A stretch of 64,000 bases of DNA from Candidatus Altimarinota bacterium (GTDB taxonomy: Bacteria > Patescibacteriota > Gracilibacteria > CAIRYL01 > GCA-016699755): assembly GCA_963664295.1 (NCBI GenBank), contig OY760935.1, positions 288,001 to 352,000 on the forward strand, read 5' to 3'. Both the position numbers and the translations under genes were made by a program. Numbering within the stretch: the first letter of the stretch is position 1; each line of letters opens with the position of its first letter. The notes beneath the pieces were generated by a model that did not search any database, was not told where the DNA came from, and worked only from the letters and a program-made list of their open reading frames with translations. This document shows positions 1 to 10,371 of the stretch, piece by piece.

Positions 1-1
1 T

Positions 2-3000
2 ACTGATTGTATAACAGGTACAACTAATAGCTCAGGCTACACTGTATTTGATACTGTGCCAATTAGCTCTGTTTTTTCTAATTGCTATCTTGCCAGTTAT
101 AATAAGGCTTTGAATTGCCCTGTGACACACGGAGATAGTTTTGCTATTTATTATAAAGTAAGTAAAGATGGCTATGGTGATGCAGAGGGGTTTAAAACAG
201 CAAGCAATGTGCAAGCTGATTTAAATTTTACTGGTACAGTAGCTACGTTAGGAAATTGTTTAACTGGCTATCAGGATTTTGATGATGGCAATGGCTGTGT
301 GGCTTGTGAAAATGTTCCAGGATATGATGCCAATTGTAATTGTGATAATAGTAATAATTATGTTGATGATGGCGCTGGTTCTTGTAAATTGTGTAATATT
401 AATGAACACAAAATACCAAATGCGGACTTTACTGATTGTATTTGTAATGCGGAAAATGGCTATGTTGATAGCAATAATGACGGCGTTTGTGAGCTTGATA
501 CTTATAATGTGAGTTTTAAGTTTAATGTAAAAACATCTTCAAGTGCGCCTATTGAAAATGCAAAATTTTCAACTTGTCTTAGCGCAGATCATGCTAGTTG
601 CACAGAAATAGGCACAACAAATGCTAGTGGTCAAATGGAGTTTAGCAGTGCAATAGCTGGTTGTTCTCTTGCTGATGAAAACACAAGTTTAAATTGCCCT
701 GTGACACACGGAGAAAATTTAAATATTTATTACAAGGTTAGTAAAACAGGTTATCAGGAAGTTAAAGAATCTTCTTTAAATTCTGTTGTGGTAAACAATA
801 TAGACTTAACTAGCAAGGTAGTCACCTTGGGAACTTGTGCTACTAATTATAAAAAAGATGCTGATGAATATTGTGTTATTTGTGGTGCTGGCGATGGGCC
901 TACGGAAGGCTGTTGTCTTGATCAACAAATATTTTATGGTGGCTCTTGTCAGACTTGTACAGATTTAACTGGTTATATTTTGGAAGCTGGTGCTTGTGCT
1001 TGTAATTCTGTTGAACATTTTATTAGCGATGGTGCTGGTGCTTGTACATGTGATGCTGATAATCATTTTATTAGCGATGGTAGCACAGGCTGTGTTTGTG
1101 ATTCTGCTAATTATTTTGTTAATGATGGCACTGGTAATTGTATTTGTGATAGTACTCATAAAGACCCAGACAATTCTGGCGCTTGTGTAGTTTGTGATGA
1201 AGGTGATGGTCCTGAGCAGGGTTGTTGTTCTGAAGGACAAATTTTTTCTGCTGGAGAATGTTTTTCAGCAAAAAATGACTTTAAGCTTTATATTAAAGTT
1301 GCTGAACATGATGGAACAGCTTATACAGACAAAGTGGCTGATATAGAAGTTCAAGCTTGTAAATCTGATGCAAATGGTGTTTGTGCTAGCGAATATTATT
1401 CACTTGGAACAAGTACTGCAGATGATGTGAATTCAAATTTTAATTTTATTGATAGTAATTTTACTGCCCTTTTTGATCCTGATTGGAATTGCACAATTAT
1501 AACAAGTCACCCTGCGCATATTGCTTGCACTATGCCAAGAGGGGAGACATTGAATTTGACTTTCAAAGCTCTTCCAAGTGCAATCTATACTCCTTATGAA
1601 ATTAAAATGCCTATAATTAGCTGGCAAAGTGGGCTTGATATAGGTGATTCTTGGCAGGCTGTAAAAGTGAAAAAAATGGAAGTTTGTCCTATTGAAATAC
1701 TTGATCCAGTTGTTGACAGGGAAAATAGTCTCATAAAATGGTATTGGGGCTATACAACAACAAATGATTGTATTGAGGCAAATGAATTTGAGTTTTCTTT
1801 AGATAGCTCAGAATATCAACCTTTTGATGGATCTGATTTATTGAAAATTGATTTTGATTGTAATGATCATGATTTGCAGATAAAAGGTATTTATGAGGAT
1901 AAATATGCAGAATCAAATGTTTCTAATTATGTGCCTAATTGTGGTTGTGGCAATGGTTTTATAGATGAATATGAGCAGTGTGATGATGGAGATATAGTTA
2001 GTGGTGATGGTTGTAGTTCTGCTTGTCAATTTGAGCCTGTGATGTGTGCAGACTTAATAGGCGACACTAGTTTGCCAACAACGAACTATATGCGAGTTAA
2101 TGATGTTGTAAGAACTTGTCAAGAATGGGACACAACAAATAATATTTGTTCTTCGTGGGACAATAGTCCAGATGATGATCCAGCTGAGTGGACTTATGAT
2201 GATTCTGATACTCCAAGACCTTGTTCTTTTGCTTGCAGTCTTGGCTTTACGCATGATTATGATGAAAACGATAATCATATTTGTACTTCAGCAGAGCCTG
2301 AATGTGGAAATGGCATAACAGAAGCAGGAGAGGTTTGTGATAAAGGTGAAAATGATGAATATATTGATCTTTGCGGAAATGATTGTACAGGTGGCTTAGA
2401 CAGCTTTGATTGTAATAATTATCAAACAGATGGTTTAAATATTGAACTTGTTTCTGATGATGTTGTTTCTGTTAAATGTTTAGCGGTTGATGATGTTAAT
2501 AATCCTACTTATTGTACTCAAAAAGCTGATCCAAGTGTTGTTTTTAGTGATTATGGTAGCTCATGTGCTCCAAATACATGTTGCTTTAACTGCACAAGTT
2601 CAGATTACCAAATTAACGGTGAAACTTGTGAATATGTTGCACCAGACGAAGAAGATGATGCTGAGGAAGAATTTTTTGTTTCCAATCCAAATGAAGGTGC
2701 AGTAGCAACCTGGAGTAATACAAAAGGTGGAACAGTAGCTTATCTCTGGACTGCAATTAATGACAAAATTAATGAAGTTGGCGAAAAAGCTTTCCAAAGT
2801 ATTTCCAGAATTGGCAATGGTGAAATGCAAGCCCTTGAAATGCGTTTTAGGATTTATGTTGGAGATGAAAACCTTGGTGGATATGAGCAAGATAAGTGTG
2901 ATGATAATGGTTTTTGTCAAAATCTTGTTCGCTGGAAATTAAGCGGACTTGATCCTAATACAGGTGAAAAAATTAGCCTATATTCAACAGAAGAATGTCT

Positions 3001-3412
3001 TTATCAAAGCGGAAGTACTGTTTGTTTACAAGACTTTATGAATGGTGTTGTTGAAGATGGTTATATTACAGTTTCAGTTCTTTCTCCAGAAGGAATTGAT
3101 AATGAAAACAATCGTCGTGCAATGATCAACTTTTTAACTGACAATGGAGGACTTGTGTATCCTCAGCTTGAGTTTGCTTTTGGCGAAACTCCAGAGTGGG
3201 CTGGTATTCATTTTCCAAAAATTATGTATCAATTAAGATTTGGTCTTCTTGGTGCAGTTTCTGACTATGATGAAGATATTGTCACAGTTCCAGATGAATA
3301 CATTACAATTACCTCAGAAGGAACTTCACAAGGCACAAAACAATCTGTTGAAGTAAAAATTGCGCCAAAGAAAATTTTACCAATCTTTGATTATGCAATT
3401 TTCCAAGATTAA
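2..3412 (+). CDS. Large Cys-rich surface protein, 5'-truncated by the window edge; EGF-like and Myxococcus Cys-rich (DUF4215-type) repeats, possible PilX-like C-terminus
   Basis: Frame is open from base 2, upstream of the track's start at 56. Contains CGNGFIDEYEQCDDGDIVSGDGCSSACQ and CGNGITEAGEVCDKG, tandem C-x-C-D-x-x-x-H/Y-F-I-S-D-G repeats, and a duplicated LNCPVTHG..IYYKVSK.GY domain. Confidence 0.75.
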   Translation, partial: TDCITGTTNSSGYTVFDTVPISSVFSNCYLASYNKALNCPVTHGDSFAIYYKVSKDGYGDAEGFKTASNVQADLNFTGTVATLGNCLTGYQDFDDGNGCVACENVPGYDANCNCDNSNNYVDDGAGSCKLCNINEHKIPNADFTDCICNAENGYVDSNNDGVCELDTYNVSFKFNVKTSSSAPIENAKFSTCLSADHASCTEIGTTNASGQMEFSSAIAGCSLADENTSLNCPVTHGENLNIYYKVSKTGYQEVKESSLNSVVVNNIDLTSKVVTLGTCATNYKKDADEYCVICGAGDGPTEGCCLDQQIFYGGSCQTCTDLTGYILEAGACACNSVEHFISDGAGACTCDADNHFISDGSTGCVCDSANYFVNDGTGNCICDSTHKDPDNSGACVVCDEGDGPEQGCCSEGQIFSAGECFSAKNDFKLYIKVAEHDGTAYTDKVADIEVQACKSDANGVCASEYYSLGTSTADDVNSNFNFIDSNFTALFDPDWNCTIITSHPAHIACTMPRGETLNLTFKALPSAIYTPYEIKMPIISWQSGLDIGDSWQAVKVKKMEVCPIEILDPVVDRENSLIKWYWGYTTTNDCIEANEFEFSLDSSEYQPFDGSDLLKIDFDCNDHDLQIKGIYEDKYAESNVSNYVPNCGCGNGFIDEYEQCDDGDIVSGDGCSSACQFEPVMCADLIGDTSLPTTNYMRVNDVVRTCQEWDTTNNICSSWDNSPDDDPAEWTYDDSDTPRPCSFACSLGFTHDYDENDNHICTSAEPECGNGITEAGEVCDKGENDEYIDLCGNDCTGGLDSFDCNNYQTDGLNIELVSDDVVSVKCLAVDDVNNPTYCTQKADPSVVFSDYGSSCAPNTCCFNCTSSDYQINGETCEYVAPDEEDDAEEEFFVSNPNEGAVATWSNTKGGTVAYLWTAINDKINEVGEKAFQSISRIGNGEMQALEMRFRIYVGDENLGGYEQDKCDDNGFCQNLVRWKLSGLDPNTGEKISLYSTEECLYQSGSTVCLQDFMNGVVEDGYITVSVLSPEGIDNENNRRAMINFLTDNGGLVYPQLEFAFGETPEWAGIHFPKIMYQLRFGLLGAVSDYDEDIVTVPDEYITITSEGTSQGTKQSVEVKIAPKKILPIFDYAIFQD

Positions 3413-3436
3413 AATTAATTAATTTAGCTTTAGCTT

Positions 3437-3467
3437 AAAAAAAGCGCCGATTAAGGCGCTTTTTTTT
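3437..3467. terminator. Bidirectional intrinsic terminator
   Basis: AAAAAAAGCGCC-gattaa-GGCGCTTTTTTT between convergent genes. Confidence 0.85.
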
Positions 3468-3490
3468 GTTTTAATGAGTTAATAAAATTA

Positions 3491-6400
3491 TTAATATACC
3501 TCAAACCAATCTCCGTCTGTTCTACCAAATGTTTCTGGATGATACATTTCTTCTGCCACAGTTGGTATTAGTTGAAATTTACCTTCTGTAATTGCTCTAG
3601 CCAAGAATCTATACTCATAAACACCACTTGGAACATAATCAGCAAAAAGCAATATCCTATCATCCCTCATTTCTTTGTGATTGAAATACCAAAGATCGTC
3701 CCACCAACACCACCATCTGCCACAAGTCTGAGAAGTTTCGTCTAGTAATCCCATATCTTCTGTTTCTAGGTTGAAGTTAATTGCTTCTAGTCCTGCTGGA
3801 AGAGGGGAATCAACAACTAAGAAATTCCTTGTATCAGGGATCATGATGGTTATTTTTCCTCTGACTATTTCACCTTGTTTGATTTTAGTAATTGGGGTTT
3901 CCATGTCTTTGTCTTCGAAAGTAAAGAATTCTCTGGTCACACCTACTCCATTATTTTTTTCTGTCACTTTTTCACTAGGAAGATAGTAATTTGCAACAAT
4001 GTCGTAAAATAATTTACCCTCGCCATCTTTTTTAATATTAATTTCATTTTCCAATGGACTAATTCTTAAATTCTCTATATTTTCCATGAAAGTTTCATTT
4101 TCTAGCCTTGTTTCTGTTGTCCAAGCTTTTTCCGCAAATAGTTCATCATTTAAGTGCGCAGTAGCTGTGAAATTTGGATTTAATTGACCTGATTTTTCTA
4201 ACCATTCCATATATGAAATCAACACCCAAGCTGTGTTTTGGGTTGTGCCCCATGGACCTCCATAACGATAGCGTTGTTTTGATTGTTGTAAATAATCAGT
4301 TATTTTGGCGATCATTGGGTGATTTGCGTCTTCTCTGCTCAAAGCCAAAAGCGCCATTGCAGTATTGCGAATATCGCTTGACCAATAGTCATAATAATAA
4401 GAATTTTGATTGCTAGCGAATTGCACTCCGCGATCTGTTTGTTTGCCCAGTGCCTCAACTTCGCTAAGTAAAATGGCGTTTTTTTCAAAAGCTCCACTTA
4501 AATCATCATCAGAGAAATTTTGATAAGCAAGTAAAAGACAGATTTTATTGAAAACACTCAAGTTTTCCCTGTTGTCATAAAATAAATTAGCTAAAGCAAG
4601 TTCGTTTTTATCACCCTCAGAAAGCATGAAAATCATAAATATTTTATCACTATCTGATACAAACTTATCTGCTAGTTTTATTTTTAGGTAATTCTCCAAT
4701 CTTCTTCTGGTGTCTTCATCTATTGTGTAGCCGGCTTTTTTTGTTTCTAGTAAGCCAAAATAAACATAAGCAGAAAGTTGAGGATAGCTTTTTTCAGAAC
4801 TTTCCCAGAAACCAAAACCGCCATCAGAACGCTGAAGTTTATAAATTTTTTGCATGGTTTCTTCAACCATTTTTTTAAGTTCATCTTCGGTAAGTCCAGT
4901 TAATTGCTTGCCAATAGTGTCTTCTGTGCGTTTAATTACAACATTTGCTAAATGCCTACTCATTATTTGTTCTGTACAACCATATGGATAACGAACAAGC
5001 TTGTTTAACCCCTCTGTGAAGTCACCAGTTTTAAGGGCAGAAAGAGTAAGGTTAATATTGCCCATGTTTGGCAAAGCTACTTGAGGAATTTTTACAAATT
5101 CACTTGTTAAATCTTCTGTTATTCCGCTTGTGGCAAGGCTTTCGCCTACTGCAGGCGGATTAACAGGGATAAAAATCTCCACCTCATCAACATAAACTGT
5201 ACTTTCTGTTTTAAAGTTTAGTTTTATATCTTCAAAGTCACCATATTTATCAGAATTACTACTTACTACGCCCTCAAACTCAATTAGTTTTTGCTCACCA
5301 GGCTCAAGAAAATCAGATTGTGTTTCATTTTTCTTAAGCTCAAAGTTTTCTGTTTTTAATGAAGTTTTTATAGCTATACTTTTTTCAGTTTGATTATGAA
5401 CAAGAGCACCAACTTTAAATAAATCACCATTAACAGCAAAGCGAGGTAAACTTGGTGTGATCATTAGTTTTTTCTTGCTAATGAAATTTTTTGTACTCAT
5501 GCCAAACTCGGAGTCATTTGTGGAGGCAATAGCAAGAATTTGCCAGGTTGTAAGATTGTCTGGTAGATCAAAACTAACTTCAGCCTTTCCGTTTTCATCT
5601 GTCACTACTGTTGGCAACCAATAGGCGGTATCTCGGAATTCACCTCTTTTTTTGCGAGCAAGGTCAGCCGCACTAAGAAGCTCGCCACCTCCGCCACCTT
5701 TTTCTCCTTTTTGCGCTTCTACATTCAACCTTTCTGTAAAGAAAACCATACTAGAGATTGTTTGTACGCCAATATCACGCCTACCCCAGAAATATTGAAC
5801 AATGTCACCAATACTTCTGCTTTTTAAAGCAAGTACGGACTCATCAACAACAGCAATTGTTATTTCAGTGTTTGCTACTGGCTCTCTTTTATTATTTATT
5901 GCTTGAATTTCCAGTTTAACCTCTTCTGATGGTAAATAATTTTCTTTATCAGTTTTTAGGTTTATTTCTAGTTCTTTTTCTTCAATGTTCACTGGTATCT
6001 CTGCAATGCCCATTTTTATTTCTGGACTAAAGCTTTCTGAGTCATCGAAATCCATATCTATATCTTGTTTTTCATATTCTTCAATTTGTTTTTTAATTGC
6101 TACTTCTTCTGTTTCTAAAGATGATTCTTCGATTTTTTTATTTTTTAGTTCTTCTTTTGCTTTTTCCATTGCTTCACTAATTAGCTTTTCCCTGTTTTCT
6201 TTTAAGTCTTCTGCTTCCAATTCTTCTTCGAATTTCTCAATTTTATTTTCAATTTCTTTGATTTTTTCTTCTAATTCATCTAATTCTTTTTCGATTTTTT
6301 CACCTCTTTTTACAGTTTTATATACAGCGCTTTCTGCTCCTTTTCCTTTAAATAAAATCACAGAAACATAAGCATTTGGAAGCATGTCTTCTGTCACTTT

Positions 6401-9400
6401 GATTTTTAGGCCTCTTCCGCTGGAAACTTCTTCTGTAAAATAATCAAGAATATTTTTTCTTTCTATTGTCACCAATGCTTTTACGGGTTCATCAAAAGGG
6501 CTTTCTATTATTAAATTTGCAGTATCACCAACATTGTAAGAAGTTTTGTCTGTGCGAATGTTTATACGATCATTATTGCTTCTTGACCAACTTACAAAGT
6601 TGTTTGTGGATATGTATCCACTATCAGATGATTTATAGCTTCCTAGTTCTGCTATTGCCTTTATGCTTCCTGAATAATTTGGATTATCTTTATCAATTTT
6701 GAAAGTAGCAGTTGCTTTACCGTCTATATCTGTAATTACGCTTTTTTTGTCTAATTCTTTTAATTCTTCTTCTGTTTCCCAATAAAAAGCACCATCAACC
6801 CCTTGTTTTTTAATAGAATTCCACTTTCTTTGATAAAGAGTTATTTCCACATCTTGGTTATCAATACCTTTTCCATCTGGATCAACAGTGATCACAGAGA
6901 ATTCTGCCTTATCTTCACTGCCAGAAAGATAGTAATTATCATTGCGAATACCAACAAGTACATCATCAGGATAAGCTTCATAAGTTTCGCTTTTTGTCAC
7001 TGTTCTAGCAGTTGCATCTTCTGCTGTTATGCGCAGGGTAAGTAGGCGAGGGGATTTTTCTTCAATATTAATTGGAAAAGAAATTTTTGCCTTACCTTCT
7101 TCGTTTGTTTTGCTGTTGCCACTTGCAAGCACATTTTCCTCTGTTTCACAGTACCACCAGCAGTAATTTTCAAGATTGCTAAAGCTATACCAGCCATCTA
7201 CTTTAGAGAAAAAGTAAGGTTCTTCAACAACATACCAATCAAAGTCAGTGTCTGGCATTTTTGCGCCAAAATATCTACTTAATTCAATATCTGCTTCAAA
7301 TTTTTCACCAATTAAAAAGTAATTTTTTTCACTTGTTATATCTATTTTGAAATCTGGTTTTTTGTATTCCTCAACCCAAAATGTGTGAATAAACCAGTCA
7401 TCAGTATCAGCTTCTTCGTTTGCATATTTAACAATCAATGAATATTGTCCCACTTCCGCACTTTCATCAAGGTTTAATGTGCCATTAAAAGTGCCATTAG
7501 CAGAAAGAACAATGTTTTCATTAAATAATTCCTTGCTTGTTGGACTTTCTATTTTAACAGAAACAGCAGTGCCGTCCTCAGGCACAACAAGGTCAGCATC
7601 ATAATCAAGACGAACTATTCCTTTAAAATTAACCTCATGTCCAGGACGATAAATTGGTCTATCAGTAAAAACATAGCCAAGCCCATGACCAAGATATTGC
7701 CAATCATTATTAAGATTAAAATCCCAAACAGAAATACCACTATCCCAAGAAGAGCCAACATAAGATTTATATTCACTGTTTTCTGCTATTGCAAAAAAGC
7801 GGTCATAACGATTTTCTTTTTTAAACTCAAAAAATCCTTTTTCATCTGTTTCTCCGCGAGCGACAATAGAGCCATCTTCGCCATAAATAGCAATAGGAAT
7901 TTCTTTAATTGCTTTTCCTTCCAAGAAATCAGTCACAAAAAGTAAGACTTTTTCATCTGTTGTTTTTGCAGTTATAGAAGAATTAGCAGTAAAAAGACCT
8001 TCGTGAAAAACAACAGGCCTACTATTATCCCAACTATAAGTATACTCAGGAGAGTAAAATTCATAATAATAAGCACCTCTTTCAATGTCAATGCGTTCAT
8101 ATAAAGGAACTTCAGTAATTACCCACTCATTTTTTTGGTTTGCCAGTTTTTCTGTCCATTCTTGTGCTTCTTCAACACACTCAATTCTGTCCCACCAGCC
8201 CCAATCAGCTTCTATTTTTGCAACTTGAGAATTAGTTAATTTGCAAATTTTAAATTTAATCTCTTCTACATTACGAGAGCGAACAAATACGCCAATGTCG
8301 TCGTCGCTATCATAAAGCGATCTTCTGCCACCTTTACTCATAAGTTGCATACTTTGAGGGTAGTCTTTGGTTTTTAATATGCTTTTAAAACCTTTTTCAA
8401 GAGTTTGGTCTTTTTTGTCTTTTATGCCTTCCAAAAGACCCCACTTATATTCTGTTTGTGCTTTTAAAGGCACATTAATTTCATAAAGAACTTTGGTTTT
8501 TTCATTTTTATCGTTAGCACTTCTACCAGAATAACCTCTGCTAACTTTAATTTGTTCTTTATCTACTTCAGGTTCAAAAAATAGCTTTTCTTTTAACTTA
8601 TCAGTATCAACTGGAGAAGAAAGGGTAACACTCAAAGTATCATTAGGCATTATAGAGCTATTGTTTTGTGGGTAAAAATCTCTAACTTCAGGGTCAGCTA
8701 AGGTGACAAAATGAAGTTGATATTCTTCATTTAACTCTTTTTCTCCTTTTAAGCTTTTTACTCCTTTTTCAATCTGCACAGTAATTAGCTCATCTTTTGG
8801 AAAAGAAGGCTTAAAAGAAATTAAAGTTTTTGAATAATCTTGTTCGCCATTTTCTGTTTTACCAGGAGCAACTTCCAAAGTGCGTTTTACATCGTTTGGT
8901 AAATCCGGAGTGATTGTTAAGTGCTTAAATAAGCTTTCTGTGCTTATTTCTTGGTTCCAAGTGAGCGTAATTGCTTCTCCTGGATCAACAAATTCTTCCA
9001 TTTCCAAAGGATCTGATTTGATAATTGCTGGAGCCTCTGTTTCAAGGTGCCAAACAATCTCTTCCTCTGTTGTTCCTCCATCTGCAGATGGCATGCCTTT
9101 TTTAAGGGTCACTTCTAAGGTATTTCCCATTGGCAATTTATCTGGATTAGGAGTGAATTGTAGGCTCGATGTGCCAAGAAAACGATAATCACCCTCCATT
9201 GGAGGATCAAAAATTAAGTAATCTTCTATATTGTGTCTGCGATCATTTGCATCTTGTAAATCTTCTTCAGGAGTGAAAGCAGCTCGAATAGGCCTATCAA
9301 ACATAACAGTTATTGCCTGATTTCTTTTTAAAGTTGGATATTCATCCAAGTTTTCATCTTCAATTTTTTTAATAGCAGCAGATTTAATTTGTTTTTGTTT

Positions 9401-9886
9401 TTCCAAGGCAGAGATAGGAGCAATAAAAACAACTTGCGGAGGGCCAACTATAATAAATTCTTGAGAAAAAGTTGTTTCCATTTTTTTACCAAGCCAACTT
9501 TTGGCGTCAGTATTTACAGAAACTTTATAAGTTGTGCCTATTTCTAAATTTTTAGTAGGCTTAAAAACAAGCACCTTGTCATTTTCCCAACTAAATTCAC
9601 CGTCTATATTTGGGTTTATATTAAAAGCATTTTCTGTGCTTTCTTTGTTCATTTTAGAAGAAAACACAACGCGAAAATCCGCATTAAAAGATAATGTTTT
9701 TTCAATATTTACTTCATTATAGCCTGTCACTTTTGGTGGAGGAGATAAATACCAAAAAGCACTACCAGTAGCACCAACAAGCCCAATGGCAACAAGTAGT
9801 GTTAAAAAATATTTAGCAAATTTGTTTAAAAACTTATTCTCTGGTTTTTGAGAATTTTTTGCTTTAGTTTTCTTGTTATTTTTCAT
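3491..9886 (-). CDS. Bacterial alpha-2-macroglobulin (YfhM-like) with N-terminal TM anchor and Ig-like domains
   Basis: FTDRPIYRPG (MG2), FRDTAYW..LPDNLTTW (A2M), thioester YPYGCTEQ, QRSDGGFGFW, WGTTQNTAW, C-terminal AEEMYHPETFGR. Confidence 0.95.
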   Translation of the reverse strand: MKNNKKTKAKNSQKPENKFLNKFAKYFLTLLVAIGLVGATGSAFWYLSPPPKVTGYNEVNIEKTLSFNADFRVVFSSKMNKESTENAFNINPNIDGEFSWENDKVLVFKPTKNLEIGTTYKVSVNTDAKSWLGKKMETTFSQEFIIVGPPQVVFIAPISALEKQKQIKSAAIKKIEDENLDEYPTLKRNQAITVMFDRPIRAAFTPEEDLQDANDRRHNIEDYLIFDPPMEGDYRFLGTSSLQFTPNPDKLPMGNTLEVTLKKGMPSADGGTTEEEIVWHLETEAPAIIKSDPLEMEEFVDPGEAITLTWNQEISTESLFKHLTITPDLPNDVKRTLEVAPGKTENGEQDYSKTLISFKPSFPKDELITVQIEKGVKSLKGEKELNEEYQLHFVTLADPEVRDFYPQNNSSIMPNDTLSVTLSSPVDTDKLKEKLFFEPEVDKEQIKVSRGYSGRSANDKNEKTKVLYEINVPLKAQTEYKWGLLEGIKDKKDQTLEKGFKSILKTKDYPQSMQLMSKGGRRSLYDSDDDIGVFVRSRNVEEIKFKICKLTNSQVAKIEADWGWWDRIECVEEAQEWTEKLANQKNEWVITEVPLYERIDIERGAYYYEFYSPEYTYSWDNSRPVVFHEGLFTANSSITAKTTDEKVLLFVTDFLEGKAIKEIPIAIYGEDGSIVARGETDEKGFFEFKKENRYDRFFAIAENSEYKSYVGSSWDSGISVWDFNLNNDWQYLGHGLGYVFTDRPIYRPGHEVNFKGIVRLDYDADLVVPEDGTAVSVKIESPTSKELFNENIVLSANGTFNGTLNLDESAEVGQYSLIVKYANEEADTDDWFIHTFWVEEYKKPDFKIDITSEKNYFLIGEKFEADIELSRYFGAKMPDTDFDWYVVEEPYFFSKVDGWYSFSNLENYCWWYCETEENVLASGNSKTNEEGKAKISFPINIEEKSPRLLTLRITAEDATARTVTKSETYEAYPDDVLVGIRNDNYYLSGSEDKAEFSVITVDPDGKGIDNQDVEITLYQRKWNSIKKQGVDGAFYWETEEELKELDKKSVITDIDGKATATFKIDKDNPNYSGSIKAIAELGSYKSSDSGYISTNNFVSWSRSNNDRINIRTDKTSYNVGDTANLIIESPFDEPVKALVTIERKNILDYFTEEVSSGRGLKIKVTEDMLPNAYVSVILFKGKGAESAVYKTVKRGEKIEKELDELEEKIKEIENKIEKFEEELEAEDLKENREKLISEAMEKAKEELKNKKIEESSLETEEVAIKKQIEEYEKQDIDMDFDDSESFSPEIKMGIAEIPVNIEEKELEINLKTDKENYLPSEEVKLEIQAINNKREPVANTEITIAVVDESVLALKSRSIGDIVQYFWGRRDIGVQTISSMVFFTERLNVEAQKGEKGGGGGELLSAADLARKKRGEFRDTAYWLPTVVTDENGKAEVSFDLPDNLTTWQILAIASTNDSEFGMSTKNFISKKKLMITPSLPRFAVNGDLFKVGALVHNQTEKSIAIKTSLKTENFELKKNETQSDFLEPGEQKLIEFEGVVSSNSDKYGDFEDIKLNFKTESTVYVDEVEIFIPVNPPAVGESLATSGITEDLTSEFVKIPQVALPNMGNINLTLSALKTGDFTEGLNKLVRYPYGCTEQIMSRHLANVVIKRTEDTIGKQLTGLTEDELKKMVEETMQKIYKLQRSDGGFGFWESSEKSYPQLSAYVYFGLLETKKAGYTIDEDTRRRLENYLKIKLADKFVSDSDKIFMIFMLSEGDKNELALANLFYDNRENLSVFNKICLLLAYQNFSDDDLSGAFEKNAILLSEVEALGKQTDRGVQFASNQNSYYYDYWSSDIRNTAMALLALSREDANHPMIAKITDYLQQSKQRYRYGGPWGTTQNTAWVLISYMEWLEKSGQLNPNFTATAHLNDELFAEKAWTTETRLENETFMENIENLRISPLENEINIKKDGEGKLFYDIVANYYLPSEKVTEKNNGVGVTREFFTFEDKDMETPITKIKQGEIVRGKITIMIPDTRNFLVVDSPLPAGLEAINFNLETEDMGLLDETSQTCGRWWCWWDDLWYFNHKEMRDDRILLFADYVPSGVYEYRFLARAITEGKFQLIPTVAEEMYHPETFGRTDGDWFEVY

Positions 9887-9978
9887 GAAAAAAAGTTATA
9901 TTTATGCAAGCTTAAAAATCCTCTTTTTCCGCTTGAAAGTCAAGAATAAATAAGGTTTTTAGTGTTTATGAAAAAATA

Positions 9979-10371
9979 TTACCCAATCCTTGGTTCTTTT
10001 CCGAAAAAAGGTTTAATAAATTCTTTTTTTTCAGGCTTATTGCTAAAAAAGATTTTTTGTAGAGAATTTTCAGTATTAATCTTAGTATTTAATAAAGAAT
10101 AAACAGGTATATTCAAGCTATTTGCTAGGTTATTAGCCAATAAAACAGATATTCTCACAGGCGTAAAATCACCAGGACCATTAACAACAAAAACCCCATC
10201 TATATCATCAATGTTTTTGTCAGCTTTTTTGAGTGTATTTATAACATTGCTAAGTAAGTCACGATCTTTTTTTGGATCCCATTCTGTTTCAGCAAAAATA
10301 GTACTACGATCAAAAACAGCGCAACGAGCAGGGGGTAAACTAGTCTGAAAAGCTAATATTACTCTGTCCAT
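9979..10371 (-). CDS. tsaB: tRNA threonylcarbamoyladenosine biosynthesis protein TsaB (short, single-domain form)
   Basis: IDGVFVVNGPGDFTPVRISVLLANNLA matches the TsaB GPGSFTGxR motif; only 130 aa. Confidence 0.75.
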   Translation of the reverse strand: MDRVILAFQTSLPPARCAVFDRSTIFAETEWDPKKDRDLLSNVINTLKKADKNIDDIDGVFVVNGPGDFTPVRISVLLANNLANSLNIPVYSLLNTKINTENSLQKIFFSNKPEKKEFIKPFFGKEPRIG

